In this document: piece after piece, positions 15,838-24,277 of the stretch
How positions within the stretch are numbered: position 1 is the stretch's first letter
Layout: every line of letters begins with the position of its first letter
Notes under the pieces: generated by a model
Seen by the model: only the letters and a program-made list of their open reading frames with translations
Databases searched by the model: none
Told to the model about the DNA's origin: nothing
Translations under genes and position numbers: made by a program
Assembly (NCBI GenBank): GCA_036495785.1
Contig: DASXMH010000087.1
Coordinates: 176-64,175 of the forward strand
Source: Solirubrobacterales bacterium
Lineage (GTDB): Bacteria > Actinomycetota > Thermoleophilia > Solirubrobacterales > 70-9
Direction: 5' to 3'
Length of the DNA stretch: 64,000 bases

Positions 15838-16947
15838 GTGAAGTCAATACCGCTGGCATTCGTCATTCGCCTGGTGCACCGTGGCTACGTCGTTCTCTTC
15901 GGCGTCGCGCTGGGAGTGATCGGAGGCTTAAACGAATTCTTCAACGGAGCGATCAAGCTCGCGCCTTGGATGTCTTTCGGGATCGTCGGCATCTCACTTG
16001 TGGTGGCGGCGCTGTGGGCGGGCTTCGATCTAGTCCGCGAGCGAGACAGGACCATCGCGATTCTGAGAAGCACTGCGCCGGGGACTGCCGATCCACGCTA
16101 CGCGCCTCTGGGTGACATGCTCGGCGAGTCGACGACCATTGGCGTCGAATTGTCCGACGAACACGCCTTGACTGCGTTGGATGCCTGGGAGGACATCACC
16201 AGGGCGATCGTGGCCGCTGCCTACGGCGAAGGCCAGGCCGCGCACGTTTTCACCCGTGAGCTGAAACGCGGCAAGGTCTACAGCGGCATGGACATTTTCA
16301 AGGCGTCAGTGGAGAGGCCGCCCCCCAAGGCAGAGGTGATCAACAACGTCAACGCGCTGATCGGTCGTATGCCCAGTCTCGTAATCCGGGCCGACTTCGA
16401 TCCCCAGCAGTGGCAGGCGTTCGATGCCGTCGCATACCGAGAATCCAACGCTCGACAGATCATTCACAAGGGTGACCACGCGCAATGGACCTGTCCCTGG
16501 TGCTTCCACGAGCATCAATATTGGGAGGGGCATTGCCAGGGCTGCCATGGGGAACGAGCAGGCGATTTCGTCTATCCAAACGCGATACGTCAAGAACGCC
16601 CCACTGGGGTCCAGGCCTCACCTTTGGAGGAGTGGTTGGAAGGCCGCATCGCCGAGGTGAAGCAGATTCAAAGCCAGCGTGGGGCGCGATCCGACGCTTG
16701 GTTCTACGAGAAGATGGATGCTTGGGACTTTGAGAACGTCTCGCAGATGTACGAAGGCCCGGACGCCCTCGCTCCCGACCTGGTGGATCACTATCGGGAA
16801 GATCCGCGGACTGGCAGCCCGGATGGTCTCAAGGTCGCCCGCGATGGTCGATCTTTGTTGGACGGCGAGCGGGACCGCTACTACGGGCAGCGCATCGGTT
16901 GGATGTACGCCACGCTGAACAAGCTAGTTGACGGCCGCTCTTTCTAG
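15838..16947 (+). CDS. hypothetical membrane-anchored protein with a CxxC...CxxC zinc-ribbon-like motif
   Basis: The N-terminus has 2 TM segments (VVLFGVALGVIGGL, FGIVGISLVVAALWAGF). The Cys/His cluster CPWCFHEHQYWEGHCQGCHG follows. Confidence 0.5.
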   Translation: MKSIPLAFVIRLVHRGYVVLFGVALGVIGGLNEFFNGAIKLAPWMSFGIVGISLVVAALWAGFDLVRERDRTIAILRSTAPGTADPRYAPLGDMLGESTTIGVELSDEHALTALDAWEDITRAIVAAAYGEGQAAHVFTRELKRGKVYSGMDIFKASVERPPPKAEVINNVNALIGRMPSLVIRADFDPQQWQAFDAVAYRESNARQIIHKGDHAQWTCPWCFHEHQYWEGHCQGCHGERAGDFVYPNAIRQERPTGVQASPLEEWLEGRIAEVKQIQSQRGARSDAWFYEKMDAWDFENVSQMYEGPDALAPDLVDHYREDPRTGSPDGLKVARDGRSLLDGERDRYYGQRIGWMYATLNKLVDGRSF

Positions 16948-17134
16948 AGCGTTCATCCGATTCATCGAGTCCCCGGCGCCCGCTGGACAGAGCTAGGCCG
17001 ATACACCCGGCCCGCTAGCCGGACAACAGGGTCATGGAATTTGACCTCGACCCGGTGCAAACGCCTCGCTCGCGGGCCGTAGGGGGTATGACCACAGCTC
17101 GCGACGGATCGACCCGGCCGCACGGACGTTCCCG

Positions 17135-20100
17135 GTGATGTTGTCGATCGGGAAGCTTGGTGCCGGCCAGGAGCACTACTACACCGAGAAGGTCGCCGAA
17201 GGCGCCGAGGACTACTACTCGGGTCGCGGCGAGGCGGAGGGCTACTGGCTCGGTGACGCGGCTCGCGACCTGGGGCTCGACGGCAAGGTCGACGCCGATG
17301 CTCTGAGCGCGATGCTGACCGGCCGCCACCCGGCGAGCGGCGAGCCGCTCGGCCTCCGCCATGTCGCCGGGCGCGGTCCGGTCCCGGGCTTCGATCTCAC
17401 CTTCTCGGCGCCGAAGTCGGTGTCGCTGGCCTGGGCGCTCGGAGAGCATCCGATCTCCGGCGAGGTGATGGAGGCCGTCCGCGTCGCGACCGGCGAGGCC
17501 TTCTCCTACATGGAGCGGGAGGCTTGCTGGACGCGGCGGGGTCACGGCGGCCACGAATTCGTCCACGGCAACGGCTTCATCGGCGCCGCCTATGTCCACC
17601 GCTCCTCGCGCGCCGGCGATCCCCAGCTCCATATACACGCGCTGATCGCCAACGCGACCCGCGGGCCGGACGGCCGCTGGACGCGGCTCTACCACCCCGC
17701 GATCTACGACCACGCGAAGACCGCCGGCTACATCTTCGGGGCGCACCTCCGCTGGGAGCTGACCTGTCGCCTCGGCGCGCGCTGGCGGGAGGTCGTCAAC
17801 GGCATCGCCGAGATCGAGGGCTTCGATCCCGATCACCTCCGGGCCTTCTCGACGCGGCGGGCCGAGATCCTGGCCGCCGCCGCGCCCGATGCTTCCGCCC
17901 GCTCCCGCCAGATCGCCACCCTGGAGACGCGGAAGGCGAAGGACCGCGACCTGGCCGACGAGAGCCTGCGTGAGCGGTGGCGCGTCAAGGCCGAGGAGAT
18001 CGGCCTCTCCCGCGAGGCGATCCGCGATGCCTTCGGCCGCGAACGGGAGATTCCGGCACCGAAGCTGGACGCCTCGGCGGTCGCCGACGCGCTGACCGCC
18101 CGCGCCTCCCACTTCGACCGCCGCGACGTGGTGCAGGCCGTCGCCGGGCAATTGCGCCAAGGCGCCCCGGCCGCCGACGTCGAGGCGCTCGCAGACTCGT
18201 TCCTCGCGCTCGACTCCGTCATCGCGGTGGGCGAGACGGCGAAGGGACCGCGCTTCACCACGGAGCGGATCTGGGAGATCGAGCGGCAGGACCTCGCAGC
18301 CGCTCGGGAGATGGCGGCGGACGGCGGCCACGCCGTCGTCGGCGAGGTCGCCGTCTCCCGCGCCCTCTCGACGCGCGCGACCATCAAGGTCGACCAGCGC
18401 GCGATGGTCGAGCGACTGACGAGCGGCGGCGAGCAGCTCGTCGTAGTGGTCGGCGAGGCCGGCACCGGCAAGACCTTCGCCACCGTCGCCGCGGCCGAGG
18501 CGTGGGGCGGGTCCGACGTCCCCCTCCGGGTCGCGGCTCCGACCTGGCGCGCCGCGAACGTCCTGCGCTCCGAGGGACTCGACGCGACCAGCATCGCGCG
18601 GCTTCTCGCCGAGCTGGACGGTGGGCGCCGACCACTCCCTCGCAGATCCGTCCTGCTGGTCGACGAGGCCGGGATGGTCGATTCGGCGGCGCTCGCCCGG
18701 CTGGTCGACCATGCCCGCGCCGCCGACGCGAAGCTGGTGCTGGTCGGTGACCCGGCGCAGCTCGGCGAGATCGAGGCGGGCGGCCTCTTCGCCTCGATCG
18801 TCGCCCGCACCGAGCCGGTCGTCCTCGACGAGGTGATCCGCCACGAGCACGATCTCGATCGCGAGGGCGCCCGACGCATCCGCGAGGGCCGCGGCGCCGA
18901 GGCGATCGAGGTCTACCGCTCCGCCGAGCGCGTGGTCGTCTCGGCCGACCCTGAGGCGCGCCGGGAGGAGATGACGCGGGACTGGTGCCGCTCCTTCGCC
19001 CAGGGCGAGGACGCGCTGATGATCGCCAAGCGCAACGTCGAGGTAGAGCGGTTGAACGCGCTGGCTCGGGAGGTGATGGAGGCCGAGGGCAGGCTCGGCG
19101 CAGACGAGATCCAGGTCGGCGAGGCCGCGTTCGCCGCCGGCGACCAGGTCATCACCCGCGTCAACGACCACGCCGCCCGGATCTACAACCGCGAACGCTG
19201 GCTGGTCGAGTCCGTCGACCCGGAGGCTCGGGGCCTCGTCCTTGTCGGCGTCGACGCCTCCGGGCGGCGCGCCGTCGTCGACGCCGACTACCTGGGACGC
19301 GCCAACCCCTCGGATGGATCGCCCGCGCTCCAACATGCCTACGCGGCCACCACCTACCAGGCGCAGGGCTCGACGGTCGACCGCGCCTACGTCATGGCCG
19401 ATCCCTCGATGGATCGGCAGGAGCTACACGTCGCCGCCTCGCGGAGTCGGGAGGAGACGTGGTTCTACGCGACGCCGGAGGTCGACCTCGAGCGTGAGGA
19501 GTACGCGCCGCGCTCGACGGGTCGCGAGGGCCTCGCCCACATCGCCGCGGCGGCCGAACGCGACGGCGCCCAGGTCTCCGCCCACGACCAGGTGCTCCGC
19601 TCTCGGCTCGACGGGCTCTCCTCGCCCGACCTGATCCGCCTGCGCGACGAGCTGCGCTCGGAGGCCGGCGCCGAGGCGAGCGCCGAGGACCGGAGAAGGG
19701 CACTCGACGAGCGGATCGCACAAGCTGAGAAGCATCTCGCGGAACTCGACGCCGAGCGTCTGGCGCTCGGCACCGAACCGCGACGACGACGGGCGAGGCA
19801 GGAGTACCGCGAGGCGCTTCGTCCCATCGAGACCCACCAACGCCAGGCATCCAGCCAGTTGGAGCGCATCGAGGATCTTCGGACGGAACTGCCCTCCGTC
19901 AGCCACGATGCCCGCGCCGAGGTGGCGGCGATCGACCGCATCCTCGACCGGCGCGTCGACCTTGCGGTGACCGCTGCCCGGGTCTCTCCCGCCGACTACC
20001 TCGTCGCCGAGCTGGGGGAGAGGCCCGAGGGATCGGCGCGCGTAGCCTGGGACCGGGCGGTGCGGGAGGTCGAGGGCTACCGACAACGGCATGGGCTCCT

Positions 20101-20257
20101 GGACAGAGACACTGCGCTCGGGCCGGAGGCGAAGGATCGGGCGGAGCGGCGCGAGCAGGAGCAGGCGAGGGAGTCGATCCGGCGGGCGCAGCGTGAGTTG
20201 GGGATCGAGCCGGTGCAGACGATCGCGCGTACGCAGTCCTTGGAGATCGGACTGTGA
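17135..20257 (+). CDS. MobF-family relaxase / conjugative helicase (TrwC/TraA-like)
   Basis: The N-terminus reads LSIGKLGAGQEHYYTEKVAEGAEDYYSGRGEAEGYWLG, and the His triad is HRSSRAGDPQLHIHALI. Walker A is VVVGEAGTGKTF, with LLVDEAGMVD, LVLVGDPAQLGEIEAGGLF and AYAATTYQAQGSTVD also present. Confidence 0.85.
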   Translation: MMLSIGKLGAGQEHYYTEKVAEGAEDYYSGRGEAEGYWLGDAARDLGLDGKVDADALSAMLTGRHPASGEPLGLRHVAGRGPVPGFDLTFSAPKSVSLAWALGEHPISGEVMEAVRVATGEAFSYMEREACWTRRGHGGHEFVHGNGFIGAAYVHRSSRAGDPQLHIHALIANATRGPDGRWTRLYHPAIYDHAKTAGYIFGAHLRWELTCRLGARWREVVNGIAEIEGFDPDHLRAFSTRRAEILAAAAPDASARSRQIATLETRKAKDRDLADESLRERWRVKAEEIGLSREAIRDAFGREREIPAPKLDASAVADALTARASHFDRRDVVQAVAGQLRQGAPAADVEALADSFLALDSVIAVGETAKGPRFTTERIWEIERQDLAAAREMAADGGHAVVGEVAVSRALSTRATIKVDQRAMVERLTSGGEQLVVVVGEAGTGKTFATVAAAEAWGGSDVPLRVAAPTWRAANVLRSEGLDATSIARLLAELDGGRRPLPRRSVLLVDEAGMVDSAALARLVDHARAADAKLVLVGDPAQLGEIEAGGLFASIVARTEPVVLDEVIRHEHDLDREGARRIREGRGAEAIEVYRSAERVVVSADPEARREEMTRDWCRSFAQGEDALMIAKRNVEVERLNALAREVMEAEGRLGADEIQVGEAAFAAGDQVITRVNDHAARIYNRERWLVESVDPEARGLVLVGVDASGRRAVVDADYLGRANPSDGSPALQHAYAATTYQAQGSTVDRAYVMADPSMDRQELHVAASRSREETWFYATPEVDLEREEYAPRSTGREGLAHIAAAAERDGAQVSAHDQVLRSRLDGLSSPDLIRLRDELRSEAGAEASAEDRRRALDERIAQAEKHLAELDAERLALGTEPRRRRARQEYREALRPIETHQRQASSQLERIEDLRTELPSVSHDARAEVAAIDRILDRRVDLAVTAARVSPADYLVAELGERPEGSARVAWDRAVREVEGYRQRHGLLDRDTALGPEAKDRAERREQEQARESIRRAQRELGIEPVQTIARTQSLEIGL

Positions 20258-20589
20258 GGCGAGGCGAGATGGCGCCGGACACCACCGACGAGATCGCCCT
20301 GACGGTCGGCGGCATCCGCATCCAGCTCACCGATGAGCAGGCGGAGGATCTTCGGCGCCAGCTCGGGGAGTCCCGCTCGGATGCCCCCGTCCGCCTTCGC
20401 GACGAAATCCTCACCCCGGACGAGGCCGCGCCGCTGATGCGACATTCGGCGAAGACGGTCCGCAGCCTGTGTCGTCTGCGCAAGGACGACCCGCGCTACC
20501 TCAAGCACCTGCGCAAAGGGCCCAAGATCCTCATCAGGCGGGCCGACGTGGCGGAGTGGATCGCCAGTCAGATCGGGGAGGCCGGGTAG
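20254..20589 (+). CDS. excisionase-type/MerR-like HTH protein
   Basis: GTGA overlap with the relaxase stop. LTPDEAAPLMRHSAKTVRSLCR...ILIRRADVAEWIASQ resembles the excisionase-family HTH_17 pattern. Confidence 0.55.
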   Translation: MRRGEMAPDTTDEIALTVGGIRIQLTDEQAEDLRRQLGESRSDAPVRLRDEILTPDEAAPLMRHSAKTVRSLCRLRKDDPRYLKHLRKGPKILIRRADVAEWIASQIGEAG

Positions 20590-20687
20590 AATGGCCTTAA
20601 AGCAGTCGCGCAATGTTGCGCACTCGGCGCCGAGTTTGCAGACCCGGCGCCGAGCGCGACTTCATCAGCTACGCAGGAGGTAGCCAG

Positions 20688-21890
20688 ATGCCAACCGAGG
20701 GTAGAGCTCGGCGTCCGCACAAGTCCGGGTCCGTCCGTCCGATGGGCCGCCAATGGGAAGGTCGGTTCTATCCCGACACCGGCCCGCGCGTCGAGAAGCT
20801 GCTCGGCGTTCGCAAGGAAGTCGACCCCGACAAGGGGATCAGCGAAACCGAGGCGTTCGCCAAGCTCGTGAAGATCATGGGGACCTACGAGGCCCCTAAG
20901 ACCAGAGGCAAGGTCACGTTCTCCGAGGTCGTTCCGAGGTTCAAGGCGCACAAAGAAGCGAAGAACCGGGAGGACACGACGATGGCGGCGATCGACGTGG
21001 CGATCCGTTGTCATCTTGAGCCGGAGTTCGGCCCGCGGTACCTGGACGAGATCGACTCCGACGACTTCGAGGCCTGGATGGCGAAGGAGTTGAAGAAGTA
21101 CAGCCCCAAGAGCGTCAAGAACTGGCGCTCGGTGGCCAACTCGCTCTGGGAGTTCGCGGTGAAGAAAAAGATGGTGTCGGTGAACGTCGTCGCCCAGACC
21201 GAGGCGCCCTACCGTCCCGAGGAAGGAAAAGATCGACGTGATGACGTGGGCGGACATCGTCGCCGTCCGCGACGCCTTTCCCGACACTCCGATGGGGCGG
21301 CTGAATTCGTTGGCCACGCTCGTCGCCTGCCGCTGCGGTCTTCGCGAGTCGGAAATCATCGCCCTGAAGTGGTCGGAGGTCATGTGGGACACGGGCTGGC
21401 TTAGGGTGATCGAGGGCCACGTCCGTGGAAAGACGAAACTGCCGAAGGGCAAAAAGGGTCGGATCACCCCGATGCCGGACATCGTGAAGACCGCGCTCCT
21501 GGCCCATGCAAGACAACGAAATTCGACAAGCCCGACGATCTCGTCTTCGCGCATCCGGTGGACGGGACCGAGCTGAATGCCTCCGCGCTGAACGAAAGGT
21601 TCAAGGAGGCCGTCGTCCGGGCCGGGATCAGGCCGACCGAGCTACGCGAATACAAAAAGCGCCACGGCGGCCACGAAATGCGGGACTACGTCGGGCTTTC
21701 ATTTCACGACTGCCGCCACGCCTGGGCCTCCTGGTGTCTGTCCAATGGCCAGGCGCCGGCAAACGTCCAGAAGTGGGGCGGGTGGGAGGACGCGAAGACG
21801 ATGGCGATCTACGACCACTTCATCCCGAGCGGCTTTGAGGTCGACCAGTTGAACGCGGCCGTCGAGCGGGAAACAGCCGTGACGCTCTAG
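20688..21890 (+). pseudogene. tyrosine recombinase (integrase) broken by two compensating frameshifts
   Basis: ATG 20688 lies behind gcaggagg. The N-terminal domain is in frame 0 to about 21220. The segment EKIDVMTWADIVAV...CGLRESEIIALKWSEV...PMPDIVKTALLAH is in frame +1. KFDKPDDLVFAHP...SFHDCRHAWAS...TMAIYDH is back in frame 0. The catalytic R, HxxR and Y are all present. Confidence 0.8.
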
Positions 21891-21921
21891 GCGTTCTCCG
21901 CGATGCACCAGGAAAGTTCCG

Positions 21922-22434
21922 GTGACCGACCGGCTTCATACCCTCCGCGACATGGTCGTGGCAGCTTTCGATTCCTCGTACTACTCGACTGCCGCACAAA
22001 TCATCCCTGTCGTCTTCTTGGTCGCCGTCGTGACCGACCGTTGGCCCAGGTCGACGGACGACGAGGAGGTCGCGCTTCATAGCTACATACTGGCCGTCGT
22101 CCTGGCGGCGATCGCTGGGGAGATAACCGCCCTCTGGGCATTGAGTTTCGAACATGCGCCCAGTCGGGTCGAAGATTGGATTGTGGCTGCCGGGATGATC
22201 CTGCCGGGACTATTCGTGGTCGCCAACTTTGCGATGGCCCCGATCGAAGCGCTTGCCGACCGGCTCAGTCCCGGCTGGAAGCGATTCGCGGGATGGATCG
22301 CCCAGGCGGTGGTCTACGGGACGATCTACGTCGCGGTGACCGAATCCTTCAACCCGGGGATCATCTTCGCCATTCTCGCCCTGCCCTTCTTCGTCGGACC
22401 GACGCTCGCCCCCCTGTTCAACCGGATGGACTGA
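21922..22434 (+). CDS. hypothetical membrane protein
   Basis: 170 aa with several hydrophobic segments, lying between the integrase and the att/tRNA end of the island. Confidence 0.5.
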   Translation: MTDRLHTLRDMVVAAFDSSYYSTAAQIIPVVFLVAVVTDRWPRSTDDEEVALHSYILAVVLAAIAGEITALWALSFEHAPSRVEDWIVAAGMILPGLFVVANFAMAPIEALADRLSPGWKRFAGWIAQAVVYGTIYVAVTESFNPGIIFAILALPFFVGPTLAPLFNRMD

Positions 22435-22507
22435 ACCCGACTGCCCTTCATCTAACGCGGCTGAGAATCATTGAACTTGGCCGAATGCGGCTGGTCATTG
22501 GAAGTTA

Positions 22508-22525
22508 GGGGGAAATCAGGGGGAA
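22508..22525 (+). repeat. tandem GGGGGAA x2, 11-bp period (arm-type-site candidate, right end of the 13 kb element)
   Basis: The sequence is gggggaa atca gggggaa, about 63 bp to the left of the tRNA 3' end and in the same orientation as 9736..9754. Confidence 0.7.
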
Positions 22526-22587
22526 GTCTCTTGGCTTCCTAAACGGAAAACGGCTCCACATCAGGGATGCAGAGCCGTCGTCCTTCA

Positions 22588-22673
<86 letters not shown>

Positions 22674-22751
22674 TCGTGGGACCGGGATTCTAGGGGTTCG
22701 GCGCCCAGGTGCCCTCGTGGCTTGCGAGCGTCCGGAGGAAGGGATACTCTG

Positions 22752-22765
22752 CGAACAGGTGTTCG
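22752..22765. promoter_or_regulatory. LexA operator (SOS box, Gram-positive/actinobacterial type)
   Basis: The perfect palindrome CGAACAGGTGTTCG (CGAAC-N4-GTTCG) lies 43 nt upstream of the lexA ATG. Confidence 0.75.
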
Positions 22766-22807
22766 TCTCTATTCGCACCCGGCAATCGGAGGAAAACGGA
22801 GCCCACC

Positions 22808-23419
22808 ATGGACCTTGACCTGACCAAGCGGCAGAAGGAGATCTTCGACTTCATCCGCAAGTACGCGGCCAAGACCGGCTACCCGCCGACGGTGCGGGAG
22901 ATCGGCAAAGCGGTGGGTCTGCACTCTTCCTCCACGGTCCACGCGCATCTGGCGAATCTGGAGAAGATCGGGCTGCTGAAACGCGACCCGTCGAAGCCGC
23001 GGGCGATCGAGCTGCTCTTCGACAAGGCGGTCGGCGTGGTGAAGCCGGCGAACGGCATCCCGCTGGTCGGCTCGGTCGCCGCGGGCGCCCCGATCCTCGC
23101 GGAAGAGAACATCGAGGAGTACCTCGAAGTCCCCGACGTGATCGGCGGCGAGGACGGCGACTACATCCTCCAGATTCGCGGCGAATCGATGAAGAACGCA
23201 GGCATCCTCGAAGCCGACTACGTGATCGTGCGCCCCGCCGACGATGCCGCCGATGGCGAGATCGTCGTCGCCCTGATCGGCGAGGAGGCGACGGTGAAGC
23301 GCTTCTTCCGCGAGCCCGACCACATCCGCCTCCAGCCCGAGAACGAGGAAATGGACCCGATCATCACCACCGAGGCGCGAGTCCTCGGCAAGGTGGTCGG
23401 GGTCTTCCGCAAGGTCTGA
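22808..23419 (+). CDS. lexA: LexA repressor
   Basis: MDLDLTKRQKEIFDFIRKYAAKTGYPPTVREIGKAVGL is followed by the cleavage-site region VAAGAP, then the S24 peptidase motifs RGESM and VKRF. Confidence 0.9.
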   Translation: MDLDLTKRQKEIFDFIRKYAAKTGYPPTVREIGKAVGLHSSSTVHAHLANLEKIGLLKRDPSKPRAIELLFDKAVGVVKPANGIPLVGSVAAGAPILAEENIEEYLEVPDVIGGEDGDYILQIRGESMKNAGILEADYVIVRPADDAADGEIVVALIGEEATVKRFFREPDHIRLQPENEEMDPIITTEARVLGKVVGVFRKV

Positions 23420-23560
23420 GCGGCGCCTGCAAACCGGCGCCTGCCGGTGTCCTCGGTCGCTCGCCTTCGGGTCACGCATTTTTAATGCGCTCCCCTCGGC
23501 TCGCTCCCCGCGTCCTTGGCAGGCTTGGTTTTCGGCGCCGCTGCGCCTAATCTTTTCCTT

Positions 23561-23922
23561 GCGAGCCAAGCGGACGCGGGGGGAGAGACAACCCCTCGAG
23601 GAAAGTCCGGACACCAAAGGGCAGGGCGGTGGGTAACGCCCACCCGGCGAAAGCCGCGGGAAAGTGCCACAGAAACACACGGCCGATGGCGCGGCCACAC
23701 GTGAGCCGCGTACAGGCAAAGGTGAAAAGGTGCGGTAAGAGCGCACCGGCGTCGTGGTGACACGACGGCCAGGCAAACCCCGCCCGGTGCAAGGCCAAGC
23801 AGGACCGTCGACCCGGCTCGGCGAGGTCCAGGTAGGTCGCAGGGCGCCTCGGCGCTCCGCCAGGGCTCCGGCCCCGGCGAGATAGATGTCCGCTCGCGAC
23901 AGGATCCGGCTTACAGGCTCGC
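23561..23922 (+). ncRNA. rnpB: RNase P RNA, bacterial type A
   Basis: Conserved blocks are present: GAGGAAAGTCCGGAC, GGGTAACGCC, CCACAGAAA, GGTGAAAAGGTGCGGTAAGAGCGCACC, CAAACCCCGCCCGGTGCAAGG and ACAGGATCCGGCTTAC. P1 pairs gcgagcc with ggctcgc. Confidence 0.9.
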
Positions 23923-23926
23923 TGTC

Positions 23927-23954
23927 GGAAGGCCCCGCTTCGGCGGGGCCTTCC
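23927..23954 (+). terminator. 12-bp perfect GC-rich hairpin with TTCG loop immediately 3' of rnpB
   Basis: The sequence is ggaaggccccgc ttcg gcggggccttcc. No T-tract follows. Confidence 0.55.
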
Positions 23955-24011
23955 CATGTTGATGGGCCGAAAACCTGTCGATATGTCCGGTTTTCGGCCC
24001 ATCAACATGGG
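23953..24011. repeat. 23-bp perfect inverted repeat with a 13-nt spacer
   Basis: The sequence is cccatgttgatgggccgaaaacc tgtcgatatgtcc ggttttcggcccatcaacatggg. Confidence 0.85.
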
Positions 24012-24139
24012 AGCGGCGGGTTGCGCACGGGGGGTTGCAGGAATCGGGGGATCGGCGTCGACGTCCGATGAAGCCCGCAACTTGCGGGTGCCACGCTCGG
24101 CGGGCGCAATTTTTCTGTCTTAGCGTTTGCTAACCTGCC

Positions 24140-24270
24140 GCCAACTTCCGCTGAATCTTTGCCACATATCGCAAAGAGCGGGGGACCCAATTGTTGGGGC
24201 GAATCGCGGTTTTGCCGCGTAGCGCAGCTCTTTCAGCGCGAGCCCGTCAGCTAACCCCGTAAGCGCCGGA
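24140..24270 (+). promoter_or_regulatory. cyclic-di-AMP riboswitch (ydaO/yuaA motif) in the 5' leader of the RlpA-like gene
   Basis: The conserved ydaO blocks occur in order: CCGCTGAATC, AGCGGGGGACCCA, GGGGCGAATC and GCCCGTCAGCTAACCCCGTAAGCG. They end 10 nt before ATG 24278. Confidence 0.75.
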
Positions 24271-24277
24271 AAGAGAC

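Noticed and set aside
17015-19336. 773-aa minus-strand ORF antisense to the relaxase gene. Similar long antisense or alternate-frame ORFs occur at 86..1177, 2996..4474, 33829..37002, 44317..46338 and 49858..52692.
   Set aside because: Their translations are Arg/Gly/Pro/Asp-rich low-complexity sequence with no motifs. The opposite strand or other frame carries unmistakable conserved genes. Long spurious ORFs are expected in high-GC DNA.
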